64,000 nucleotides of DNA from Octopus sinensis (Eukaryota), in the NCBI RefSeq assembly GCF_006345805.1, contig NC_043008.1:68448001-68512000 (forward strand), in the 5' to 3' direction. This document shows, piece by piece, positions 36,561-50,021 of this stretch; position 1 is the first letter of the stretch, and every line of letters begins with the position of its first letter. Under the pieces are notes generated by a model. The model saw only the letters and a program-made list of their open reading frames with translations. It was not told the origin of the DNA and did not search any database. A program made the position numbers and the translations under genes.

Positions 36561-39350
36561 TAATGGTACAAAATATATTCAAATATTGGTTTCAAATTTT
36601 GGCACAAGGCCAGCATGTTCGGGATGGGGGCTAAGTCTATTACATTGACCCCAGTGCTCAATTGGTACTCATTTCGTCAACTCCAAAAGGACGAAAGGTT
36701 GACCTTATCGGAATTAGAACTCAGAATGTAAGGAAGGATGAAATACTGCTAAGCATTTTACCTGGCATTCTAATGATTCTACCAGCCTGCTGCCTTCAAT
36801 ATATTCAAATACTGATATATATGTATAGAAGGAAATATTTTTTTGCATTTAAACATCAAGTATTTTGCTCTCATTATATTGGGTGGAATATTTCTTCAAA
36901 TAACATGACAGAATGTGAATATGTTGGACATTGAATATAGTTGTTATTTATTTCTATAATTGTTACATCAAATGGGGTATAGGTAGCCCGTGGCTAGAAC
37001 TCTAAGAGTACAGCTTTTCTCCATTCCTAGATCCGTGACATTGATGAGTTTGATTTAAAATTTATGTACATGATGATATGCATCAAAGGTCACATGAACC
37101 AAAAATTCAAGTTTGATAACTAAAATAGTGCAGTTGTCTTCCCCTGTTCTCAGCTAGACTAACAAAATTTTTCATTTTTTTTTGTCTTTGGTCAGTAAGT
37201 GTTATTTCCTATTTGCTTCTATCTAGAAATCAAAGCAAATCACTACTATTCTCTTCGAATTTTGCTTTTGCGACCTGGACATCAGTGTTTTGAAACTGAC
37301 CTATTTTCCATTACATTTTAGACTGATTCAGCACTGAGTTGCTGAAGCAGAAATATCCTTATAACAAATATTCTGCTCAATACCACAGATTTGCTTCTCA
37401 GTTGCTTGACCTTTACCACTTGAGCATGTCTTTTAGAAGCTGACAATATCTTGAGCATATATCTTAGTGACTGACAAAATGTGCATCACTGATCATGTGA
37501 AGGAATAGTGGGGGAGCATCATAGCCATGTGTTGAGAGGGATTCTTTAGGGTTTGAATGAATGTAACAAAAGCAAAGTTTGAAGGAAATACTAGCCATTT
37601 TTCATACTTTGTTGGGGATAAGCAAATAGGGAATAACAGTTTCTGCTCAAGGACAAAAATCTTGTTACTCAGTGTAATAATTACACACAATTTCTAGAAA
37701 AAATTATGATAGTTATTTAATATTGTCTCTACATTGAAGGAAGGTATTATTATATTTCAAGATGTGTGGTCTCTGGTGTTAGTCTGTTCCTTTTCCAACT
37801 TTTGGAGTTGTCAGAAAATTTATTTGTAAGCCTGAACTAAAAATATATAACAGAAAGAAAATCCTTAGAATTCTAAAAAACTAATAATGATCTGAAACAG
37901 CAGAACAAACAATATTGGGTGCAGACATGATTGTATGGTTTAGATGTTCACTTCTGAACCATGTAGTTCCAGGTTCTCTCCCACTCTTTGCCTCTTTCAA
38001 CAAGTGTCTTTTGCTTTAGCCTTGGGCTGACCAATGCCATATGAGTGAATTGTAAGTGATGGAAACTGTGTAGAAGCCTGCTGTACGTGTTTCTGTGTGA
38101 ATGTGTGTATGTGTGTGAATCTGTGTGTGTCTGTGTCTTTGTCTTGTCACAGCTTGGCAACTGGTGTTGATCTGTTATTGTTGCTGCAGCCTAGCAGTTT
38201 AGCAAAAGAGACTGATAGAATAAGTGCCCCAGCATGGCCACAATCGATTGACAGAAACATGTAAAAGAAAACAGAATTAATAAAATTTCATCATCATCAT
38301 CATTGTTTGCCATCCACTTTTCCATTGTTCAATGGGTCAGATGGAATTTGTTGAGGTGGATTTTTTTACAGCCAGATGTCCTTCCTGTTTCCAAGTAAGC
38401 TAATATTTCTACATGACTTGACATGTCTCCATGGAAGATTGGAAACAAAGGACACTGCTTGCATAATGATGATTTGTTTGCAATAGTCATGTAAAGGCAA
38501 GGCAAGGAGACAGTAATGCAGGCACACTTACATAAATATATATCTATGTACATAGTTGAAATTTGTAGAAAAAAAAAGCCGAAGACAGGTGTATGAACAA
38601 CAAGCAGGTGTATTTGATGCTCAGAAAAGTGAAAAATCTTTTATGTTTTGAGCTTATGCTCTTCAGCAGAAAAGAATAAGAAAAAGTAAACAGAGAGAAA
38701 ATAAAAAAAACTTGTGGATCATCATCATCATCATCATCATCGTTTAACGTCTGCTTTCCATGCTAGCATGGGTTGGACGATTTTGACTGAGGGCTGGCGA
38801 ACCAGATGGCTGCACCAGGCTCCAATCTTGATTTGGCAGAGTTTCTACTGCTGGATGCCCTTCCTAATGCCAAAATAAAAATAAATAAATATAAATAGAT
38901 ATAAATATATATGACATGTAAAAAGCACCCACTACACTCTTGGAGTGGTTGGCATTAGGAAGGGCATCCAGCTGTAGAAATCTTGCCAGATCAGATTGGG
39001 GACTGGCAAACTAGTAGGCTGCGCCAGGCAAACCATCCAACACATGCCAGCATGGAAAACAGACGTCAAACGATGATGATGATATTAGTGTAAAACTAAT
39101 GGATCTGCTTGTTTTTTCACCTGTTTTCGTATTTTGTTTTCAGTAAATCTGAACTACACACGCACACACACACACACACACACAGAAGATAAGAGGAGTT
39201 TAGGTTAAGGTGTCTCAAAATAATAGGTATGCATTTTGAGTGCTCAAATAGGTGCCATCAAAATTCCAGTCAGAACAGTGGTTGAAGTTGTGGTTGTATG
39301 AATGTCTTGTTCAAAAAATGGCTAATGGTAGCTTCCCTTTGAGTCAGCCA

Positions 39351-39516
39351 GACTAGGGCATTTGATTTCATTTAATTCAATCTCAATATTTAGCTACGTG
39401 ACAAATGGTAGAAATGGTACAAAAAGATACTATCTTTACTAGTTTTGTACCATTTTTACCATTTGTCATATAGCTAAATTTTTAGATTGAATTAAATGAA
39501 ATCAAATACCCTAGTC
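39351..39516. repeat. Near-perfect 74-bp-arm palindrome with an 18-nt loop
   Basis: 39351-39424 pairs with 39443-39516 with only a few mismatches. Confidence 0.9.
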
Positions 39517-40468
39517 CTGCCTTGACTAATTGTTTGCCTTTCCTCACTACTTTAATCTTTATATATATATATACATACACACACATATGTATATATTTAT
39601 TTATTCATATATATTTATATATATCATGAAGTATATTTGCCACTTAAATGTGGCTAACCCTTAAGGGTTAATATACTTCACGATGTCTTGCAGCTACTGT
39701 TTATACCTCGCTCAGAGATTTATTATTGTTTATTTATATATATATATTGTCATCTCATCTTTTAATATCTCTTCTCCATAATGGTATGGGTTGGACAGTT
39801 TGACAGGAGTTGGTCAGCTGGAGAGCTGCCCTGGCTCCATTTGTCTATTTTGGCATGTTTTCCATGGCTGGATACTGTTCCTAACCATTATAAAGAGTGT
39901 ACTGGGTGCTTTTATGTGGTATGGGCACTTTTATGTGACACTGGCACAGGTGCTTATACATGGCACATGCACCTATGCTTTTATGTTGGTGACAGTACCC
40001 ACGAGCCCACAAGACTAGAATCTCTTGGTTGAGAGAGGGATAGGATGCAAAAGACATGCTTGTATGTATAGACAGCCACAATTTTGCTTTACTTAGCTTG
40101 ATGTGTCGTCTCAAGCACAGCAAATATATATATTTATAGGCACCTGGTTTAGTGGTTAGAGCATTGGGCTCACAATCATGAGGCAGTGAGTTTGATTCCT
40201 GGACTGTGCTGTGTTCTTGAGCAAGACACTTCCTTTCACATTACTCTAGTTTACTCAGCTATAGAAATGAGTTGTGATGTCACTGGAAGCAAGCTGTATT
40301 GGCCTTTGCCTTTCTCTTGGATAACATTAGTGGCATGCAGAGAAAAGGCTGGTATGCATGGGTGACTACTGGTCTTCCATAAAAAACCTTGCATGGACTT
40401 GTGCCTCGGAGGGTAACTTTCTAGATGCAGTCCCCATGAACATTCATGACCAGAGGGGGTCTTTACTG

Positions 40469-40513
<45 letters not shown>

Positions 40514-40516
<3 letters not shown>

Positions 40517-41364
40517 TTATATATAGAGGGCATTATACATACATGCCAGAGGGCATTATACATACATGCCACACGCTAAGAGGGACAATTAGTCATTTCT
40601 GCCAAAAATTTTACTAATCCCACCGAATGCAATTTTTCAAAGTAAAATTAGTAAAATTAGTAAAATATTTGGTAGAAATGACTAATTGTCCCTCTTAGCG
40701 TGTGGCATGTATGTATAATGCCCTCTGGCATGTATGTATAATGCCCTCTATATATAAATTAATATGTTCAATAAGAAATAATTATTTTCGAAATTTTTTC
40801 TCTTATGAGGTCTTTCACGCTATCTACCTGACAATTTCTTGTTAAGTTTTCCTTATTAAGTAGTTGTCCTTAATTGCTAAATTTTTATTCCGAAAAAACT
40901 TTTCCTTTCCCGAAATGCAATTCGTAAAAGTCTGCCATTACCGGATGTAATATATGTAAACTCACCCATGTGCTTCGTTGATGTTGATCAGTTAGCTGAT
41001 CGGCTTAAGCGAGGCAGGGTCGTTTATTTATGATACGTCCAGGCCTGCTGATGAATACGTAAGTATGAAATCACTGTGATACAGGTCTATATTTTTTTAA
41101 ATGTCTTACTTTGAAAAATTGCATTCGGTGGGATTAGTAAAATTTTGGTAGAAATGACTAATTGTCCCTCTTAGCGTGTGGCATGTATGTATAATGCCCT
41201 CTGGCATGTATGTATAATGCCCTCTATATATAAATTAATATGTTCAATAAGAAATAATTATTTTCGAAATTTTTTCTCTTATGAGGTCTTTCACGCTATC
41301 TACCTGACAATTTCTTGTTAAGTTTTCCTTATTAAGTAGTTGTCCTTAATTGCTAAATTTTTAT
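40514..41364 (+). mobile_element. Young partial-tandem plus inverted element (Penelope-like/retrozyme-like) between (TA)n tracts
   Basis: Direct repeat 40657-40888 = 41133-41364 (period ~476); 40514-40645 is the reverse complement of 41106-41236; hammerhead in the unique part; CpG-rich. Confidence 0.75.
41041..41088 (+). ncRNA. Type I hammerhead ribozyme
   Basis: Stem I AGGCCTG (41041-47)/CAGGTCT (41082-88); core CTGATGA (41048-54); stem II ATAC-GTAA-GTAT; GAAA (41067-70); stem III ATCA-CTG-TGAT; cleavage triplet AUA, predicted cut between 41081 and 41082. Confidence 0.88.
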
Positions 41365-44029
41365 ATATATATATATATATATATGCCGTCCAACTCACGC
41401 TAGCATGGAAAGCGGATGTTAAACGATGATGATGATGATATGCCATGTAAAAAGCATTAAGTCCACTCTGCTGAGTGGTTGCTGTCAGGGAGGGCACCCA
41501 GTTGTAAAAATCCTGTCAAAACAGTCACAGAAGCCTGGTGCAGGCTTCTGCTTGGCTGGCTCTTGTGAACTGTCCCACCTATGCTAGCATGGAAGGCGGA
41601 TGTTAAACGATGATGATGATATATAAACGATGACCTTCTTTCAGTTTCTGTCTACCACATCCACTCTGAAGGCTTTGGTTGGCCTGGGGGCTTAAGTAGA
41701 CACTTGTGCAATGTGCCACACAATGGAAGAGAATCCAGAACATGTGGTTGTGAAGCACTCTTCTTACCACACAGCCATCCCTGCACCTATAGTCTTGCTT
41801 GTGCCTAAAGCCATGACTGTAACAATATGTAAATGGCATTTGTCTCATGAAAGAGATTTTTGTTATGTTTATAGGATGGTGTCATGAAAGTATGAAGTGT
41901 TGGGAGTATGAACTTAACTTGCATCAGAAAACTGACATGTGATCAAACAAATGGTCTGTATACGATTGCTAGAAATAGCAGCCAAAACCATACTGTCTTA
42001 AAAAATTGAAAAGGCACATGATAATGTAGACCTAAGCACATCAACATCATCATCATTTAACATCCATTGTCCATGCTGGCATGGGTTGGACAGTGACCAG
42101 AGCTGGCAAGCTGGTGGGTCTGTACCAGATTCTAGTTTGATTTGGCATGGTTCCTACAGCTGGATGTCCTTCCTACCAACAACCACTTTTTAGAATGTGC
42201 CGGGTGCTTTTACATGACACTGTATGGGCACTTTTACATAGCACTGCACAGGTGCTTTCATGAGGTACCGCACAAGTGCTTTTATGTGGAACTGCCATCA
42301 GTGCTTTACATCACCAGAAGGATTGGTCTTAAAACTTTAGCTGTGGGGTACGTGTCTTCTCAAGTACAGCCAGATGCCAGTTCTCTCAGTCCTTTGTCAT
42401 CTTACCTGTTTAACAAAATAAAAGACAGGGTGGCCATAAATGTGTTGCCTTTGATTATGTCTCCTCAATCAAGGTTGACATTGGACTAAGCAACAACATC
42501 AGCATTGCTCAACCTGCTAGAAATAGCAGCCAAATCTCTCTCAAATCACACAATACCATTTAAAAAAGGAAAGCCACATTGGACTATGTAGTCTTAGCGT
42601 TAGAAAAAAATGGGATGGTCATAGCTGGAATGCCTTTTGATCATAGGTTTGCTCATTGATGACTGACCTGTGGTTAAACAATGACATCACCATAACACAT
42701 CTAACAGCACACAAACATTCTAATTTAGAAAATGTTGGAAAATACACAGCTTAATTGTTAATTAGTAATTAGTAGAGTGTTAATTAGATGTTTAACAGTA
42801 TTGCAATTTCACTTATGATAATAGGTTAATGGACAGTACTTATGGAAATTTACTTTGCTGTTTATTCTCCCGGCATTGATAAAATATGTACCAATATGTA
42901 CCAGTAATATACTGGATGTCAATTATGCCAGCTGTATATTATCCCTTACCTCCACAAGGGAGGTCTCTTTTAGGCTAACTGCAGATGAAAGAATGGTCTG
43001 ATGATGGCAAACTGACAAATAGGAAATGAGTAGAGAGGATTTCTTAGTGACCCTCTCTAGTGCTGGGTCCATGATAAGAGAGAGGCAATGATTAAGGACA
43101 GGAAGGTCAGCAAGCCCCAAAATAGAATTTGTGAGCAAGACATGGGCTCTGATGTATCTTGGTGGACAGTAACTTCAAATATGAACTGAGCTAAGCTACG
43201 ATGTGCCCCCAACTCTTGTCAGCAAGGAAAATTGGATGTAAAAATGGTGGTGATGATGTGTGAGTGTATGCATATGTATACACTTTTGCACTATGTGTGT
43301 GTGTGTGAGTAATAAGAAGCTTGCTTTCCAACCACATGGTTCTGGATTCAGTTCCATTGCATGGTACCTTGGACAAGTATCTTCTGTAGCCTCAGGCCAA
43401 CCAAAGCCTTGTGAGTGGATTTGGTAAATGGAAACTGAAAGAAGCCTGTCGTATATATATAAATATATATATATATGTGGTTGGCGTTAGGAAGGGCATC
43501 CAGCTGTAGAAACTCTGCCAGATCAAGATTAGAGCTTGGTACAGCCATCTGGCTCACCAGCCCTCAGTCAAAATCGTCCAACCCATGGAAGGCAGACGTT
43601 AAACGATGATGATGTGTGTGTGTGTATGGTTGTCCCACCGTTTGACAACTGGTGTTAGTGCGTTTACACCCCTGTAACTTAGTAGTTCTACGAAAGAGAC
43701 TAACAAAGTAAGTACCAGGCTTAAAAAATATAAGTACTGGGTTTGAGTCATTCAACTGAAAATTCTTCAAGGTGGTGCCCCAGCATGGCCACAGTCTAAT
43801 GACTGAAACAAGTAAAAACAACAACCCATCCCCTGCAAAAAAAGAAAAACAAAAAAAATTATGATATATGTAATTTAATTCCAGCCTCTGACTCTCAGGA
43901 TTGTTTCAGTTCTATATTTACATGATATTATTTATTGCTTTATTTACTTTTGAGATTCGCCGTTCCTTACAAATTACTAGTTGAATCTTGTTTGTAATTT
44001 GTTGTTGATGTCATTTGTTTTATTTACAG

Positions 44030-44100
44030 AAACAGAATTGTCTGTAAATGATGAAAGTCCACAAGAAGATCCTGGAGAAATTATTCCTCTGTCTTTCAGG
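44030..44100 (+). CDS. EXOSC10: Probable EXOSC10 exon (ETELSVNDESPQEDPGEIIPLSFR)
   Basis: tttatttacAG acceptor, GTAAGG donor at 44101; 71 nt, phase 1/0, fits the neighbouring exons. Confidence 0.72.
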
Positions 44101-44981
44101 GTAAGGCAACTGTATATATATATATATACACATACACACACATATATACATACATATACGAGATGGGTGCTGAAAAGTCTCTGGTTTTGGGTAAAAGAAA
44201 ATACAGGAAGATTAGTTAATTATGATGTTATTCACCATATTCCCCTCTCCGATTCACACACTTACTATAGCAGTCCTTCAGTTTTTCTAATCCCTGTAAA
44301 AAGAACTCAGAAAGTTGGGCCTCCAACCAAGCCTTTCGTGATACCCTTAAAGCCAGAAACTTTTCAGCACCCCTCATATATTTATAATATAAATTGGACA
44401 TGGGCTATCGTTGTATTCTTTCTTGTCTTGAGGTTCACAGCCAAATGGCTGTGTGGATTCGCGTGAAAAATGGCACACATATGGAGACGGGTGCATAGAT
44501 TGGAATGCGGTTTGTATTTTTTTCCTAGCCCCCATAGTTAACGAGACAATCCATTTTAAAACTTTTTCTAATGGAATTCCCCTGTTTGAAACAACTAGTT
44601 GCTCACACAGCCAGCATATACCATTTCGCTAGCAACAAAGGGAGTACAGAATGACAGTCAGCCAAAACTTTCACTATGCTGTCTCTCTTCTTTCACCTCT
44701 TTGTGGGATTAATAATCTTAATCTTTAGTGACAGTTTCTTATTCAAACTACATAATAGGCAGAATTGTCGGAATAAAACAGAAGGGTTTTTGAGGGAGAT
44801 CTGGCTGCTATTTCTACCAGGTCTAGCTCCCATGTAGAGGTCTGAACTTAATTTTCATTCACATATTTGCATTTCAAAAATTTAACATCTTTTCTGTAAA
44901 TCAACAATCGTAAACACATACACACGTGCGAGCATGCATGCACGCCTGCACACACACACACACACACGTCCATTTTATATA

Positions 44982-45318
44982 TCTTCTTTCAATTTCTGAT
45001 CTCTGCAAATAAAATTTTTACGGATACAACTGCTTACAAAAATAGGGATTAATGTATAATTTCTTTCTATGTTCATAATTAAATCAATGTTTTAATGGTT
45101 AGACAGAGGTCCAATAGAATAGCTGTCAGAAACAGAATACGTACAAATTCGTTCTTCACAACTCCTGGAACTGTTTCCTGACAAGCGGGGAGGGTCCAAT
45201 CAAAACAGGGGACCCAGAATGATAAGGTTTAGAAATGTTGTTATAGATTATGCCTAACCGAAAACGATTACAGCCACATCATCCAAACAGACCAGGTGAA
45301 ACTGGGCTTAGCTGCTAG
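44982..45318 (+). mobile_element. Probable non-autonomous Helitron
   Basis: 3' end has a CCAG-gtgaaa-CTGG hairpin (45292-45305) 9 nt before CTAG (45315-45318) followed by T; candidate A|TC 5' end at 44982 (less certain). Confidence 0.5.
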
Positions 45319-48300
45319 TATATATATAATTCATTAATAGATTGTATGGTGTACACCTGGTAGTTTGCCAGTAAAGCATGTTCTCTCTCATTAATCATAT
45401 AGGTGTGGCTGTGTGGTAAGAAGCTTGCTTCCTCACCTTATAGTTCCGGGTTCAGTCCCATTATGTGGCACTTTGGGCAAGTGAAGTGTCTTCTACTATA
45501 ACCTCGGGCCGACCGAAGTTGTGTGATTGAACTTGGTAGATGGAAACTGAAAGAAGCCTGTCGCGTGTGTGTGTATGTATATATATCTATGTGTGTGTCT
45601 ATGTTTGTACCCCACCACCACTTGACAACCAGTGTTGGTGTGTTCTCATCTCTCTAACTTACCAGTTCAGTAAACAAAGGCTGATAGAATGTGCTAGGCT
45701 TAAAAAAAAACATGGGGTTGATTTGTTCAACTAAAATTTTTCAAGGCAGTGCCCCAGCATGGCTGTTGTCATTTGACTGAAACAAGTAAAAGATAAAAGT
45801 TATGTATAATCCCAGTTAAGTGGTTCCAGGTTTGATTCCATCATGTGGCACCTTGTGAAAATGTTGACTTTTTGCCTGGTCCTTCAGTGGAAGACTGATG
45901 CTATTATCACCTGGTCCTTGGGTAAATAGACCAGGGCTATCACTTGGTCCTAGAATGTCTTTAGCAGAGTCAACTGTGTTGCAAGACTTTAACCTGGCCT
46001 TTGGTCTTAAGCCTGCTCACATGTAGTTCCTAATTATCTTCTGTCAATTTCTGAGTCTCTGTAAAAGGCCAGAGGTGCTTCCCTCTTCCTCTGCTAAACT
46101 ATAAACCAATGTAGCTGTGATGAAGTTTCCAGGTCTTACTACAATCTCTGAATTGAATCCTTTGAACAAAACTCTCAACTCTCCTTGTTTCAGACAGACC
46201 ACTGCTCTCTGGCCACTTACTTCCTCCAAAGAAGGTTTGAACTAAGGACAAAACTGGAGTAGCTTCACAACACCAAATGCATGCATGCATGCACACATGT
46301 GCAAACAGCAACACAGTAACATGCACACAACATATACACACTTTGGTGAAATATGTTTGAGACCAGCTTATTAGAAATAGCAACCAAATCTCCATGAAAT
46401 CACACTCTGCTGTTTTAGAAAAGAAGGACACTTTGGTTAATGTGGTCATAGGGTTTACTGTACCTGGGGTAAATATCAGATGGTCATAAGTGGAATATCT
46501 GATCTTGGGTCTGCTTGAGCAGAGCTGACCTGGTGTTAAAAAAACCAAAACCAAAAGCAGCAACAACATCCTACTCACGTAGAAGAAAATAACAAAAAAC
46601 AAAAAATGTGTTGCAAAGAGAAGGTATCCACTTCAGGACGAGAAACTACTTCAGCTTTAATTGTACATGCCCACACAGATGCATACATACACGGAATACA
46701 TTCAGGTACCTTTAAACTCATTTAGGATAGTATTGTTGCTACACACACATTCCAGACCACATCAATACAAAAGGCATGACACTAACAGAAAACCCTTTAT
46801 CTCATTCATTAACACACTCCATTACAAACACACTGACATACTGTATCCTTCCCAATATATCTTTAACTGTTATTATACACTTTCTGCATTATACAGCCTC
46901 CTCTTTTGACTGTTGTTCAATTCCCAAATTCACTCACTCCCGGCATGTTTTTCCTACTAGCATTTACCTCATGACAGAATATTAAGTTCAGCACTGTGTC
47001 AGCCTCATCAGTCAAAGATGTTGCTGTATTGGCTTATATCAACTACTGATGTGACTGTGATGGTTGTATGTCAATCTGGGATGTGACTGTAAGTGTTTTA
47101 TTTCAAATACTGATGTGACTGTGAAAGTTATATATCAACCTATATGAATGTAAGGCCATAGATATCTTAATAAATGTGAAAAAGCAGTAATGAAGTACTG
47201 AAGAACAACCTCAGGAAGCTGAACCTTTCAGGTGAGATGACAAAGGACTGAGACACCTGGCACCTGACCATTTTGAAGAAGACTCACAGCCTGCAGCAGA
47301 AGTGTTAAGATGAATCCTTCTGGTGGAGTAAAGCCATGTAAAAGCACCCGTGTGGCATCATGTAAAAGTGCTAGTGTGGTGCCACATAAAATTGCCCATG
47401 TCGTGTCATGTAAAAGCACTCAGCACACACTGTAAAGTGTTGGCATCAGGAAGAGTATCCTGCCATAGAAACCATGCCAAATCAGACTAGAGTCTGGTGC
47501 AGCTCCCCAGCTTGCCAGTTCTGCTCAAACCATCCAATAGATGCCAGCATGGACAATAGATGTTAAATGATGATGTTATCCTCTCCTCATCCCAACCTCC
47601 ATAAAACAGCTCAAACATAAAATGCAAAATGAAAAGCAAAGATAGAATAGTTTTGGACTACATTCAGACCATAGCACAGTGGTTCTCAACTGGGGCCCAT
47701 ATGACCCAGCTCCATACAAGCAAAATAGCAAATTAGGGATCCACTGTATTTATTAAGGGTCCTTAAAAAAATTTTGCTTTAGATGTATTTATTGCAAGAA
47801 ACAGCTGGTTTTTCTCTCTCAAGTGTTTTACATTGTTCAACCTAGAGATGTTAATGTGTGAATAACAAAATAGGGGTTTTGAAAGAAGCATCTATAAAAT
47901 TAGGTTTTAAACATCGAATGGTTGGTGATGGTGGGGTGGAGTCCATCAGAATAAAATAGTAACCAAAGGGGTCCGTAGATAAATGATTGAGAATTCTTAC
48001 TGTAGAGTGAACACATTGTCATGTGACAAAGTAAGGTACATAACTCTGCATTTTCTAGTTTACTTGACCAAAGACAAAACAGGTTTTCCCTACTTAGTGG
48101 TTTAGTGATAGGAATAGTTATACCAATTGGATTGTGGTAGGACTGGGTATACAGGTTACTCAGTAGTGGTTGCTTGATCTGTTGGAAATAGTTACCAACT
48201 CAGCTATTCTGTTTCCAAAAAAAAAAAAAAAAAAAAAAGCAAAAAAGCAAAAGGGAGTAAACATCAGATAATATAGTTCCACATACACTGTTACTACCTT

Positions 48301-48869
48301 TATCATTGTTTTAAAATCTGGTTTTCCATGTGCGCATGAGTCACATGAAATTTGTTGGAGCAGGTTTTTTTTTTCTACAGCTAGATTCTCTTTCCATAAC
48401 CAATCCTCATCTGTTTTCCTCCACAGTAATATTTCCTCATGGACGAACAGGGTTTTTTTTTATAGAAGACTGCAAATGAATGACAGCTTGAATGACTGAC
48501 ATTCATTTATGATTAACATGTGCTGTCAGGGCAAGGAGTCTCATACACACACAATAGGCTTCTTTTCAGTTTCCATTTACCAAATTCACTCAGAAGGCTT
48601 CTTTCGCCTTCTGTTGCCCCAGGATATAGTAGAAGACATCTGTCCAAAGTGTTGCACAGTAGGACTGAACTCAAAACTGTGTGGCTTCAAGCCACATAAA
48701 TGGTCAGGTCTGAAACACATTTGATTCTAATTTTGCTTGGTCAAAACAATAGTAACAAATATTTCAACAAACTTTAGAAAGAAATGTTTTAGGAGGCATA
48801 AAACAAACTTTTCTAACCTCCCACAAATCTCTGACCTTGTGCCTATCTTAGATACAACTGATCATGATC

Positions 48870-49735
48870 ATCATTATCATCATCCTCGTTTAATGTCTGT
48901 TTTCCATGCTAGCATGGGCTGGATGGTTTGACCAGGGTCTGGGAAGCCAGGAGGCTGCACCAGGCTCCAGTCTAATCTGGTAGTGTTTCTACAGCTGGAT
49001 GCCCTTCCTAACGCCAACCACTCCGTGAGTGTAGTGGGTGCTTTTTACATGCCATGATCACTTGGTACTTTTTACGTGCCACTGGCACAGGTATCACAAT
49101 TACAATTTCCATTTGATTTTCATTTTGATGTTGATGTACTTGAGACTCAATAGGTCTCCTCAAGCACAGCAGGTCGCCCTATGATCCAAGGTACTTTTGA
49201 ATGGGCTGGGGCTGGTTATGCTAAACTGGTGTAGGATATAGCCGTGAACTCACTTTATTTGCCAGGTCTTCGCAGTCACAGCATATCTCCAGAGGTCTCA
49301 TTCTTTTGTCATTGACTCTGTGAAGCCCAATGTTCGAAGGTCATGCTTGACCACCGCATCCCATGTCTTCCTAGGTCTATCTCTATTCTAGATTCCTTCA
49401 ACTTTTTGGGAGTGGCACTTCTTCACACATCTCCCCTCTGCCATCCATAGTACATGAACATACCAGCGCAAACATCTCTCTTGTATGCCACACCCTATGC
49501 TTCTTATGTCCAACATTTCTCTCAGGGTACTTACACTGTCGTGTGTGCACACTGACATTACACATCCAGCAGATCATGCTAGTTTCATTTCTTTCAAGCC
49601 TACGCATGTCCTCTGCAGTCACGGCCCATGTTTCACTACTGTGAAGCATGGCAGTTCACACACATGCATAATACAATCTACCTTTCACTCTGAGCGAGAG
49701 GCCCTTTGGCACCAGTAGGGGTAGAAGCTTTCTAA
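48870..49735 (-). mobile_element. RTE LINE 3' fragment
   Basis: MLHSSETWAVTAEDMRRLERNETSMICWMCNVSVHTRQ, downstream RGRPRKTW region and (CAT)n tail. Confidence 0.85.
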
Positions 49736-50021
49736 ACTTTACAGAGACTCAACTGATAAGGTGGTGATTTAGCAGAATCATTAAAATGTCAAACAATATA
49801 ACTTGTAGTGTTCGTTCTGGCCCTTTACATTGAAAACCAAGGTCAACTTTGCCTTTCATCCTTTTGAGGTTGATAAAATAAGGTACTGGTGAGGAATGGA
49901 TTGATTATATTCACTAACACCTTTCTCTTCCAAAATTTCTGGAGTTGTGTCTATGCTAGACACAATTATCTAGGACAGGGGTTTTGTAGAAATGTTAAAG
50001 CGTCAGTAAAAATTCTACTGT

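Noticed and set aside
46099-46602. 167-aa minus-strand ORF with a signal-peptide-like start
   Set aside because: It is stitched from T-rich low-complexity sequence, a common repeat and a (TG)n tract, with no domain similarity.
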